IMG/VR virus record: IMGVR_UViG_3300037511_000399
Reading direction: 5' to 3' (one strand)
From: a virus
DNA: 60,524 nt
Part shown: positions 1 through 7,942 of the stretch, piece after piece
Layout: each line of letters starts with the position of its first letter
How positions within the stretch are numbered: position 1 is the first letter of the stretch
Program-made: the position numbers and the translations under genes
The notes under the pieces: model-generated
What the model saw: only the letters and a program-made list of their open reading frames with translations
The model's database searches: none
Told to the model about the DNA's origin: nothing

Positions 1-127
1 GCTGCACGAGATGGAAGTCTCACCGTGCAGCTGAACAAGCAGGGTGACGACCCCGCGCGATCCGGTGCCATTTCGAAAGCGGGAGAAGTAACTCCCGCAG
101 TTGGCGCGCCCGGCGTCAGAGCCGCTG
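1..127. repeat. terminal direct repeat identical to 60398-60524 (circular-assembly overlap)
   Basis: Read directly: the first 127 nt (gctgcacgagatggaagtctcacc...gtcagagccgctg) recur exactly as the last 127 nt of the window. Confidence 0.95.
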
Positions 128-585
128 CGATCGATCGCAGCGACAACCGGGCAACCGTCTGCATCGTTGGAGATTGGTCTAGCCAGGACCCGCTGTCCCA
201 AAAAACGCGATGCTTGAACGGGCGAGTCCAGCTAGCCCGCGAAACCGACCACCCCGGGTACAAGAGCGCAGCGCATGCGCGAGTCTCACAGGGTGGGTCC
301 ACTGAGCGGCGCGATGGAAAGCGCTGCGAGGATGGAACGCATGCCGCGGCCGGGCGCGTAATCCCGGCTTCTCTTCGCCCGGCATTGGTGCCGGTGCGCA
401 GCGCGGTACCGGCCGATGGTGATGCACGCTCGGTGACATCGCTGCGATGGTCGGCCGGTACCGCGGCACCTCTAACCGTCGCGCGCGCCTGCTATCTCGA
501 GGCCTCGTTCAGCTTTGCTGACTGCCGCGCGATCGCCGGTGTGCTGCGCATCCGCGCTCGGCGCGCGCATGTCGACGTCGCGACC

Positions 586-939
586 ATGGCGGTGCGCTAC
601 TCCGCGCTCGAGCGCGACAACGACCGCGCACGCTTCGCACGCGAGCTGCCCGCTGGTGATCTCGAGGAATGGACCGCTGCGACCAACCGACTGTGGGCGC
701 AGCTGCGGCAGCTCGCTGCGCGTGCGCTCGCTGGCCGCGCTCCAACGCCCTGCGCGGGCGCGACGCATTGGGGTGGCCCAGCGCTCGGGCCCGATGCTCG
801 TCGCGCCGCGCAAGCCGTGCGAGAGGGGCGCTGGCGTCGCGTTCCGTGCACTGAGCCGGTGGCGAACGCGTTCTATGCCGAGCTGCCGAGCAACGCGGTG
901 ATCGCCGCGTCGGTCGCGGCGGGAGCTGCAAGGCCATGA
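586..939 (+). CDS. hypothetical protein (start uncertain)
   Basis: C-terminal third of ORF 25..939. It starts at ATG 586 and its stop overlaps the next start (ATGA at 936). Upstream of 586 the same frame looks non-coding. Confidence 0.35.
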   Translation: MAVRYSALERDNDRARFARELPAGDLEEWTAATNRLWAQLRQLAARALAGRAPTPCAGATHWGGPALGPDARRAAQAVREGRWRRVPCTEPVANAFYAELPSNAVIAASVAAGAARP

Positions 940-1181
940 GCGCGAGGGGAACGCCGAAGCCGTGCTGTCCTGGCATCGAGCTGGTGCTCGGTCGCGTGCG
1001 CGACAACGACCGCGTCGGCCTGCAGCGGCAGACGATGTTTTCGCTGACGAAGCAGCCGGGGGTTACCGAGCGGCTCGTCATTCGCATGCACAAGTCGCGT
1101 GACCGCACGGCGCCGCACGCGGACTCCACGTTCGTGCTGGTGAACTTCTGCCCGTTCTGCGGCGCGAAGGTGAAGGTATGA
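936..1181 (+). CDS. hypothetical small protein with C-terminal CPFCG motif
   Basis: ORF-track 81 aa with diverse composition. ATGA coupling at both ends. Confidence 0.55.
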   Translation: MSARGTPKPCCPGIELVLGRVRDNDRVGLQRQTMFSLTKQPGVTERLVIRMHKSRDRTAPHADSTFVLVNFCPFCGAKVKV

Positions 1182-1414
1182 GCGCGCGTATCGAAAAGCT
1201 GATCGACCGGTTCGTCAGCTGGTGGCTGCACCGGTGCAAGCATCGCGGCGAACACGTTGCAGCCGACATCGCGGAAGGCGCGTTCGCGAAGCAGGACATG
1301 CAGGTGCAGTATTGCCGCCGCTGCGGAGCCGTTCGCTTCCACAACAGCTGGGGTCCGTTCCCGTGGCGCACGCCGGATCCGGCCTGGTTCCCGCAACACG
1401 GCGGTGAAGCATGA
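1178..1414 (+). CDS. hypothetical Cys/His-containing small protein
   Basis: ORF-track 78 aa (CKHRGEH...CRRCG). Coupled ATGA start and stop. Confidence 0.55.
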   Translation: MSARIEKLIDRFVSWWLHRCKHRGEHVAADIAEGAFAKQDMQVQYCRRCGAVRFHNSWGPFPWRTPDPAWFPQHGGEA

Positions 1415-1542
1415 GCGCGCGCTGGCGTGTGCGTGACGCGCTGATCGTCGTCGGCCCGGCGCTGGTCGTGCTCACTATCGCCACGCTCGCCGCAGGCGCC
1501 GCGGCGACCAGCGCTCTGATGCGCAAGGCGGTCCGGAGATGA
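1411..1542 (+). CDS. small single-pass membrane protein (43 aa)
   Basis: Hand-translated: MSARWRVRDALIVVGPALVVLTIATLAAGAAATSALMRKAVRR. ATGA overlaps at both ends. Too short for the ORF track. Confidence 0.45.
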   Translation: MSARWRVRDALIVVGPALVVLTIATLAAGAAATSALMRKAVRR

Positions 1543-1883
1543 GACCCGGCATGACGCCACGTACGAGGCAGCGCATCGAGCGCACGCTCGAGCTGCTGCA
1601 GGCGCGCGGCCCGCTCGACGTCGACGCGGTTACCGCTGCGCTCGAGCCGTACGCGGGATCGTCGCGCCGGCTGCTGCGGCGCAAGGCAGACGTTGTGCTG
1701 CTGCTGCTGCGCCGGATGGAGCGCGCGGGCCTGGTGCAATGCGAGCGCGTGACGATCAGCGGCGGCAAGCGCTTGCTGCGGTTCAGCCGCGCGACGCCAG
1801 CGAGCAACGGTTTTGGCCAGCAGTCGGGGCCGGGAGGTTCACCGTGTTTGGCACAACTCTCGAGTGTGGAATCAAGGCCGTAA
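1539..1883 (+). CDS. hypothetical protein, possible winged-helix fold
   Basis: ORF-track 114 aa. The pattern LLRRMERAGLV...GGKRLLRF resembles a wHTH recognition helix plus wing. The tail overlaps the next gene. Confidence 0.45.
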   Translation: MRPGMTPRTRQRIERTLELLQARGPLDVDAVTAALEPYAGSSRRLLRRKADVVLLLLRRMERAGLVQCERVTISGGKRLLRFSRATPASNGFGQQSGPGGSPCLAQLSSVESRP

Positions 1884-2413
1884 AGGTTCGCGTGAAGGAT
1901 GTGCAGGGCCGCATCGTGCGGCGCTGTCGCGTCACGCTCGCGCACGAGTTCACGCCGGCGATCGCGCGCGCGCTCGGCAAGGATGCAAAGCCGCTGCTCG
2001 AGGCGTTGCGCGAGGGCTCGATCGAGAAAGCCACGATGCCGATCGATGGCCTTGCTGCCGCGGGTGCGTTCACGGCGCACGGCGGCGGCGTGTCGATCGG
2101 CAAGATGGTCGGCGTCAAGGCCGTTGCGTCGAAGTCGAGTGAGGAAGACTCCGGCCCAACGATTCAGCTCGAGTTCGATTTCCCGTGGGACAAAGACGCG
2201 TGGGTGTTCCTCGGCGAGCACTGCTCGGCGATGGCCGACGTCGTGCTCACCAAGCGGCAGCTCGCGCTCGACCTGCAAGACGAGCAGGACCCGCTGAGCG
2301 ACGCCGCTGCGGCGTTCCACAGGTCGGCAGAGCGCATGGGCGCGAAGGTCAGCATCGAGACCCCCGACGGCAAGACGACGGTTCTGGCCGACCACCGGAA
2401 GAACAAGAACTAG
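1844..2413 (+). CDS. hypothetical protein
   Basis: In frame of ORF 1739..2413. GTG start at 1844, preceded by GGGAGG at 1832-1837. Diverse composition (VFGTTLECGIKAVKVRVKD...). Confidence 0.6.
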   Translation: MFGTTLECGIKAVKVRVKDVQGRIVRRCRVTLAHEFTPAIARALGKDAKPLLEALREGSIEKATMPIDGLAAAGAFTAHGGGVSIGKMVGVKAVASKSSEEDSGPTIQLEFDFPWDKDAWVFLGEHCSAMADVVLTKRQLALDLQDEQDPLSDAAAAFHRSAERMGAKVSIETPDGKTTVLADHRKNKN

Positions 2414-2415
2414 CG

Positions 2416-3492
2416 ATGCCCCGGCGTATGCCCACAGAGCTGATGCGCTCGACTCTCGAGGTCGTGCGCGATGGATTGGCCGGCGACCCCGCGCACGAGT
2501 CCAAGGTGCGCGCGCTCGACAGGGTGATCGCGATGCTCGCGGACGATGGCCCGAGCGACAACCCCAGCGCCGTCCGCATGCGCCGCAAGCGCGCAAGGGA
2601 GAGAGAGCGGGGCGATAGCGGTGACGCCGAAGTGACAAAAGGTGACGTCACAAAGCCCGTCACTGTGACGCAAGGTGTGACGCCCCCAGTGACGCCGATT
2701 GTGACGTCACAAGTGCCTCGCGCGCGCGCGTTCTCAGATCAAGATCTCTCTCAAGATCTTGAGAATTCTGCAGAAAATCAGAAACGTAGTGAGAGATCTG
2801 GATCCGGATCTTCTGCTGTAACCGCGCGCGCGATCGCAGGACTGAGTGACGGTCACAGTGACGCGCCGCGTGACGTTCGTTCGGTTGCCCGTGAAACGCT
2901 CACCGTGCGCGGGCACCTCAAGCTCGAGGGCGCCAGGCTCTATCAGCGGCTGAGCGAGCAGGTCGCCGCCGCAACCGGTGCCGTCGGCTACGACGTCCAG
3001 CGCCACCTGCAGGACTGGGCTTGGATCGGCGAGCAGCCGGCCGAGCAGTGGACGCGCGTGCTGCAGTACATCGCGGCGGATCCGTGGTGCCGGTCGCTCG
3101 AGAACCGCGCGAAGGTCTCGCCGTCGCACATCCGTGGGCGCTGGCCGGTCTACTGCGAGCCGCCGAAGCCGGGCGCTGCACCGCCGCGCCCGGTGACGCG
3201 CGAGGAGCGTGCCGAGCTGTTCAAGCGCTTGCGTGCAGAGCTGCTCGCAGCGCGCGAGCGCAAGGCCGGTTCCGTCGGCTCAGCGCGCAGCGAAGCGGAA
3301 GCCGCGGCGTCTGCAGCCGAGCGTGCGATCGTCGAAGCGTTCGGCCCCGACGCACTCGACCGCATCGACGGTCGCGAGCCGAGCGCAGCGCCCGCGCCGA
3401 AGCCGCCGGTGCGCACGCAGCCGGCGAACGATCCCGAGGCCGACCTAGCGGCCTACCGCGCCGAGCAAGCGGCGCAGCGGAGCGCAGGATGA
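2416..3492 (+). CDS. replication-initiator-like protein carrying an internal ori-like DNA segment
   Basis: In frame of ORF 2185..3492, starting at ATG 2416 just after the upstream TAG. The linker region is encoded by an iteron-rich and A/T-rich stretch, analogous to lambda O/ori. The function is inferred from that architecture only. Confidence 0.45.
   Translation: MPRRMPTELMRSTLEVVRDGLAGDPAHESKVRALDRVIAMLADDGPSDNPSAVRMRRKRARERERGDSGDAEVTKGDVTKPVTVTQGVTPPVTPIVTSQVPRARAFSDQDLSQDLENSAENQKRSERSGSGSSAVTARAIAGLSDGHSDAPRDVRSVARETLTVRGHLKLEGARLYQRLSEQVAAATGAVGYDVQRHLQDWAWIGEQPAEQWTRVLQYIAADPWCRSLENRAKVSPSHIRGRWPVYCEPPKPGAAPPRPVTREERAELFKRLRAELLAARERKAGSVGSARSEAEAAASAAERAIVEAFGPDALDRIDGREPSAAPAPKPPVRTQPANDPEADLAAYRAEQAAQRSAG
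2621..2874. promoter_or_regulatory. candidate origin of replication: GTGAC iterons flanking an A/T-rich GATC cluster
   Basis: GTGAC at 2621, 2632, 2642, 2665, 2677, 2689, 2701, 2846, 2858, 2870. GTCAC at 2647, 2659, 2706, 2852. GTGACGTCAC palindromes at 2642-2651 and 2701-2710. The 2735-2815 segment is visibly A/T-rich, with six GATC sites and the 12-bp palindrome TCAAGATCTTGA at 2751-2762. Confidence 0.5.
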
Positions 3493-3833
3493 GCGACACG
3501 AAAGCCAAGCTGGCCGAGCTCGCCGCGCGTGCCGAGAGCGCAACCTCCGCAGTCGTGCGCCCGACCGATGCCGAGCTCGGGCAGGCGCGCGCGTGGGCCG
3601 AGCGCGTCGGGCATCGCTGGACCCAAAAGGCGAGCATCAGCCAAGAGGACGCCAAGACGGTCGCGCGCGTGCTGTCTTGGATGCTCGCCGAGCGCGGCGT
3701 GTTGCGTCGCGTCAGCGCCGAAGCCGTGCGCCGCTACGAGGGCGCGCCTGATCGCTTGGGCGAAGCGCTCGCGGCGCTCGACGTGTTCGATCAGCCCGGC
3801 GCGCAGCTGCCGCTGCTCGGAAAGGACCGGTGA
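3489..3833 (+). CDS. hypothetical protein (downstream partner of the initiator-like gene)
   Basis: In frame of ORF 3021..3833. ATG 3489 overlaps the upstream TGA. 114 aa: MSDTKAKLAELAARAES... Confidence 0.6.
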   Translation: MSDTKAKLAELAARAESATSAVVRPTDAELGQARAWAERVGHRWTQKASISQEDAKTVARVLSWMLAERGVLRRVSAEAVRRYEGAPDRLGEALAALDVFDQPGAQLPLLGKDR

Positions 3834-4498
3834 CCGTGAAGTCGCACGCCGAAGCGCTGGCGATCCTACAGGGACGCGACACGTGCCCGAAGCGCAAGCG
3901 CGTGCCGAAGCCGCCGGAGCCGGCGTCGTTGCATCCGCACGAGTGCGTGGTGATCGGCGTCGACGCTGGCACCGCATGCTCGGGCGTCAGCACATGGGTG
4001 CGCGGCGTACTCGTCGGCTACGGCGAGATCAAGAACCTGGACCCGGCTGCGATCGACGCCGCCATCGCATCGGCTGAGTTGCTCGGCAGCGTTGCCGGCA
4101 TCCCGCTCGTGATGGTTCATGAGCGGCCGCCACCGGCTCACGTGATCTACGAGGGCCGCGACTCGTCGGGTGTCGTTGGCGCGAACAAGGCCATCGAGTC
4201 GTGGCGTAATGCCTGGGTCCGCGCCGGCTACACGATGCGGCGCTTCATCGGCGTGCAGGTCAACCGCTGGCGCGCAAGGGTGCTCGGACGCGGCTGGGGC
4301 GGCGGAGTGGCGCGCGTTGTCGTGCGCGACCGCGAGCAACAGGTCGCGCGCGTGATAGCAGAGGCCGAGGGCTTGAGCGCGCCGATCGGTCCCGACGCCG
4401 CGCCAGCCATCTGTATCGGCTTCTGGGGAACGCGCGCGGGCGAGGTCGGCAAGGTGCTGGTGCCGACGGCACAGCGCCGGCGACGGAGGTCTGCATGA
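3830..4498 (+). CDS. RuvC-like Holliday junction resolvase (putative)
   Basis: ORF-track 222 aa. The N-terminal motif VVIGVDAGTACSG resembles the RuvC-family catalytic Asp motif, and an acidic residue in VMVHERPP follows. Confidence 0.5.
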   Translation: MTVKSHAEALAILQGRDTCPKRKRVPKPPEPASLHPHECVVIGVDAGTACSGVSTWVRGVLVGYGEIKNLDPAAIDAAIASAELLGSVAGIPLVMVHERPPPAHVIYEGRDSSGVVGANKAIESWRNAWVRAGYTMRRFIGVQVNRWRARVLGRGWGGGVARVVVRDREQQVARVIAEAEGLSAPIGPDAAPAICIGFWGTRAGEVGKVLVPTAQRRRRRSA

Positions 4499-5469
4499 AC
4501 GCGCTCGCGCCGGTCGAGAAGGTCAGCCAGGCCGAGGCGTTGCTCTCGCAAGCGGTCGCCGAGCTCGAGCACGCAACAACGCTCGGCGAGGTGCTCAACG
4601 CTCGCGACGTCGCGCAGGTCGTGCGCGAGTGCCTCGAGCTGCGCGACAAGGGCAGCGCCGCGCACGCGGCCGCATGGGAAACCGTGGTGCTGGCCAACGC
4701 GCGCGCCGGCGACTTCACGCGCCAGCTGCCGAAGGGCAAGCGCGGGCCGAAGACCTCGGAGGTGATTTCCCCCGACGACGGGGAAATCTGCGCGACGAAA
4801 ACCGAGACGCTCGCCGCGCTGAACATCACGAGCCAGGACGCGTCGCGGTTCGAGCGGCTGTCGGAGATTCCGCGCGACGAGCTGCGCGCGCGCATCGAGC
4901 TGGTGAAGCAGGACATCATCGCCGGCAAGCGACCGCGCGACGTCACCGCGGTCACTTCAGCTGTCGGGCACGACGGCGATCAGTTCAGCACGCCGGCGAA
5001 GTACGTCGATCCCGCGCGCAAGCTGATGGGCGGCATCGAGCTCGATCCGTTCACCAACCCCAGCGCGCAGCTCGTGGTCCGAGCCGACCGCTTCTACACG
5101 CGCGAGACCGACGGCTTTGCGCATTCGTGGGCGGCGCGTAGCGTGTGGTTTCAACCGCCGTACTCGCGCGGCGAGATCCAGAGGGCCACCGTGAAGCTGC
5201 GCGAGGAGCTGCCGCGCATCGCCGAGTGCGTCGGGCTCGTCAACAGCGACCCCAGCACGGACTGGTATCAGTCGCTGTTGAACGCGAGCGCGGGCCACTG
5301 TCAGCTGAACCACCGCATCGCGTTCGAGCTCGACGGCACGCCGGTCAAGGGCAACGCGCATCCGCAAGTGATCTTCTACTTCGGCCCGAAGCTGCCCGCC
5401 TTCGCACGCGCGTTCAGCGAGTTCGGTACGATCTGCGTGGTCTACAAGCAGGGGAAGGCTTCGCGATGA
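4495..5469 (+). CDS. phage Dam-like DNA N6-adenine methyltransferase (putative) with extra N-terminal domain
   Basis: ORF-track 324 aa. The C-terminal half has DQFSTPAKYV and FQPPYS, a (D/N)PPY-like motif IV, as in phage Dam-type enzymes. Confidence 0.55.
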   Translation: MNALAPVEKVSQAEALLSQAVAELEHATTLGEVLNARDVAQVVRECLELRDKGSAAHAAAWETVVLANARAGDFTRQLPKGKRGPKTSEVISPDDGEICATKTETLAALNITSQDASRFERLSEIPRDELRARIELVKQDIIAGKRPRDVTAVTSAVGHDGDQFSTPAKYVDPARKLMGGIELDPFTNPSAQLVVRADRFYTRETDGFAHSWAARSVWFQPPYSRGEIQRATVKLREELPRIAECVGLVNSDPSTDWYQSLLNASAGHCQLNHRIAFELDGTPVKGNAHPQVIFYFGPKLPAFARAFSEFGTICVVYKQGKASR

Positions 5470-5699
5470 AAGCTGTGTTCGTGTGGCGTGATGGGAGCAC
5501 CGAGCGCGTCGAGGTCGGTCTGGCGATGCCGCCGCCGCCGCACTGGCAGCTGCCCAAGCTGGTCCGCCGCAACGAAGCGTTTGTCTCGGCGGGGCCCGTC
5601 GAGCCAGCGTCTTTCATCACGCACATTTTCACGCGCGTGACTCGGGGCGATGATTGGGATCGGGTTCCTGTGTACGTCGAGGGCGAGGCGCCGCGGTGA
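5466..5699 (+). CDS. hypothetical protein
   Basis: In frame of ORF 5145..5699. ATG 5466 overlaps the upstream TGA. MKAVFVWRDGSTERVEVGL... Confidence 0.6.
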   Translation: MKAVFVWRDGSTERVEVGLAMPPPPHWQLPKLVRRNEAFVSAGPVEPASFITHIFTRVTRGDDWDRVPVYVEGEAPR

Positions 5700-5881
5700 C
5701 TCTTGTTCCGCTCGCCGAGCGCTACCGACGCGGCGTCTGCCCGCTGTGCGCTGCTGCCGACGGCGAGCCTTGCCGGCGCAGTGCAGTGCTCGCGTTCGGC
5801 CGCTACCGCGGCGCGGTCGAGATGAAACCCGAACAGGTCGTGCACGTCGCGCGGCTGTCGCTGTCGTCGATTTGGAGGTGA
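5696..5881 (+). CDS. small putative zinc-finger protein
   Basis: In frame of ORF 5654..5881. GTGA overlap start at 5696. CPLC...GEPC...H..R pattern. Confidence 0.45.
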   Translation: MTLVPLAERYRRGVCPLCAAADGEPCRRSAVLAFGRYRGAVEMKPEQVVHVARLSLSSIWR

Positions 5882-5884
5882 GCG

Positions 5885-6418
5885 ATGGGCAATCGCGTGT
5901 GGTTCGATACCGAGTTTCTCGAGGACGGGCGCACGATCGAGCTGATCAGCATCGGGCTCGTGCGCGCCGACGGCGCCGTGTACTACGCCGAGACGCCGAA
6001 CGCGCGCGAGCTCGCGAGCTCGACGCCGTGGTTGGCCGAGCATGTGCTGCCGCACTTGCGCGGCGCTCCGCACGACCCCAGCACCGAGGGTAGTTACGTC
6101 GTTCCATCGGAACGGCCGACGACGCGTGCGCGTGCCGACATCGCGCGCGACATCCTCGACTTTGTCGGGAAGTCGCCCGAGTTCTGGGCGTACTTCGCTG
6201 ACTACGACTGGGTGGCACTGTGCCAGCTGTACGGCCGCATGATCGACCTGCCCAAGGGCTGGCCGATGTACTGCCGCGACTTGAAGCAGCTCGCCGACGA
6301 GCGCGGCGCCCGGTTGCCGGCGTTCCGCGACGCAAGCCGGCCGCAGCACGACGCGCTCGCGGACGCGCTCGAGTGCCGAGATCGGCACCTGTGGTTACTC
6401 TGGGAGTCGCGTTCATGA
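5885..6418 (+). CDS. DEDD-type 3'-5' exonuclease (Rv2179c-like exoribonuclease fold, putative)
   Basis: ORF-track 177 aa. The N-terminal FDTEFLEDGRTIELISIGLV...DGAVYYAE matches the DnaQ-like ExoI motif, and HDALADA lies near the C-terminus. Confidence 0.65.
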   Translation: MGNRVWFDTEFLEDGRTIELISIGLVRADGAVYYAETPNARELASSTPWLAEHVLPHLRGAPHDPSTEGSYVVPSERPTTRARADIARDILDFVGKSPEFWAYFADYDWVALCQLYGRMIDLPKGWPMYCRDLKQLADERGARLPAFRDASRPQHDALADALECRDRHLWLLWESRS

Positions 6419-7467
6419 ACCGCCCAACGCTCAAGCAACGTCGTCGCAGCTATCGCATGCATGCAGGCCCGCGCGTGTTCGCGCCGGTCGGCGTCCCCGA
6501 GTCGCTGCTGATGGTGCAGCTCGCGGCCGACCGATTCGGCGGCAATGCGAACGCGGCGAGCAATGCGCTGACTCCGCTCGGCGAGGTCGGCCATGGTCGG
6601 CACGACACGGCGTGCAAGTGCTGCGGCATGCGGGTGTGTGAGAACCGCGTGCGGTCAGTGCAGGCGGCGCTCGCGCAGCCGGCGTTGACGTTCGTGCCGC
6701 TCGCGCCGGGCTGGACCCATCACCGCGGCGGCTCGTTCACGCATCTCAGCAACGCGGTCGTGTGGCCGGTCGACGATGGATCGTGGAACTACTGCGGCCC
6801 CTGCTCGCACGAAGAGCTCGAGCACGCGCGCGCGCGTGACGGGCACGCGCCAACGCGCGACGAAGCCATGGCTCTCGCGCTGGGGTGGGCCAAGGACCCT
6901 CTGTATCCCGGCGGATGGTCGTGCGCTGTCGACAACCTGATCAGACAGGTGGCTGTCCCAAAGAGAGGTGGCGATTGGGATGCATATAGGATCGTTGACG
7001 GCGCAACATCTGCGGCGCGCAGAGGGACGCTGCCGCACGCAATCGCGTGGTGCCGCGGCGACGACAAGGCAGACGCAGCGAAGGCTCAGCCGTCAGCTGA
7101 ACCGAAACCGTCAGCTGAACCGAGCGCGTTGGCCGACGGGACGCTGCCCGATGGCTGGGAGACCTACTGCGGCGACTATCGGACCAAGTGGTTCGACGGG
7201 CCGCTCATCCGCTGGCAGGCCGGCAGGTACCACGTGTGGCGAGACCCGAGGCCGAGTCAGCGAACGGCGATGGTCGACTCGCTCGACGTTGCAATGCTGG
7301 TCGCGCTCGGGTGCGACGTCGTCGTAACCTCGCGTGAGTTTGAGGCGAGCTGGACAGAGAAGCGCGGCGAACACGAGAAGCGCGTCACGGCTCGAGCGAA
7401 CGGACCGAAGGCAGTGCGACTGCTCATCGAGGAGCTGACCGCCAAGCGGTTCGCGAGCGCGGTGTAG
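6415..7467 (+). CDS. hypothetical protein (350 aa)
   Basis: In frame of ORF 6220..7467. ATG 6415 overlaps the upstream TGA. Contains a short in-frame tandem repeat, SAEPKPSAEP. Confidence 0.6.
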   Translation: MNRPTLKQRRRSYRMHAGPRVFAPVGVPESLLMVQLAADRFGGNANAASNALTPLGEVGHGRHDTACKCCGMRVCENRVRSVQAALAQPALTFVPLAPGWTHHRGGSFTHLSNAVVWPVDDGSWNYCGPCSHEELEHARARDGHAPTRDEAMALALGWAKDPLYPGGWSCAVDNLIRQVAVPKRGGDWDAYRIVDGATSAARRGTLPHAIAWCRGDDKADAAKAQPSAEPKPSAEPSALADGTLPDGWETYCGDYRTKWFDGPLIRWQAGRYHVWRDPRPSQRTAMVDSLDVAMLVALGCDVVVTSREFEASWTEKRGEHEKRVTARANGPKAVRLLIEELTAKRFASAV

Positions 7468-7480
7468 AGCGAGGCACAGC

Positions 7481-7828
7481 TTGGCCGACAACGACGAGAG
7501 CAAAGCGCCCGGCTACATCAGGAGCGGGCCCGACACCTGCGACGATGCGCTCGCGCTCGCGAAGGCCAACGCGCGCGGTGCTATGGAAACGATAGCGCGC
7601 ATCATGGCGGCAAAGAAGCCACCGCGGAACGCGTACGCGCAGATCGCAGCGGCTTCGCGCGTGCTTGAGCTGTCAGGCCTCGGGTCGGGCGACGGCATCA
7701 GCTACGACCGGCTGGTAAAGGTGCTGCGCGAGGAGCTGGAACCCGAGCAGGTCAGGCGCATCATGCGGCGGTTCAATGGGGGGCAGGTCATCAGGGCGTC
7801 GAAAAACGCAATGGTTCCGCGGCAATAG
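7481..7828 (+). CDS. hypothetical protein
   Basis: ORF-track 115 aa, TTG start, diverse composition. Confidence 0.5.
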   Translation: MADNDESKAPGYIRSGPDTCDDALALAKANARGAMETIARIMAAKKPPRNAYAQIAAASRVLELSGLGSGDGISYDRLVKVLREELEPEQVRRIMRRFNGGQVIRASKNAMVPRQ

Positions 7829-7868
7829 AAAATAGTCGCGCTCGCAGGTCGTTTTTGAACGGAAATAG

Positions 7869-7935
7869 CTTGCAACGCAGGTCAATCGGGCGCACAGTCT
7901 CCTTTGTCAGCACGGCGCTGACGCAAAAGGGAGAC
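7869..7935 (+). promoter_or_regulatory. promoter-like element copy A (TTGCAA-N17-CACAGT) plus 5'-UTR hairpin covering the SD
   Basis: CTTGCAACGCAGG at 7869-7881. Hairpin 7897-7935 (GTCTCCTTTGTCAGC-ACGGC-GCTGACGCAAAAGGGAGAC) pairs the GGGAGA Shine-Dalgarno. ATG at 7943. Confidence 0.5.
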
Positions 7936-7942
7936 AGAAGCC

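Noticed and set aside
2742-2806. Clustered AGATCT, GAATTC-CTGCAG-like (gaattctgcag) and AGATCTGGATCC sites that look like a synthetic polylinker or vector remnant.
   Set aside because: The segment is in frame within a long ORF, flanked symmetrically by GTGAC iterons, and built from GATC-containing repeats. A natural A/T-rich ori spacer is more plausible than a cloning artefact.
2621-2874. GTGAC repeat cluster as a CRISPR array or other spaced-repeat locus.
   Set aside because: The repeats are only 5-10 bp with irregular 5-15 bp spacing, and they lie inside a coding region. No cas genes are present.
7088-7125. Short tandem duplication (ccgtcagctgaaccga twice) giving SAEPKPSAEP in ORF 6415-7467.
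   Set aside because: It is a minor in-frame slippage-type repeat in a linker, with nothing to suggest regulation.
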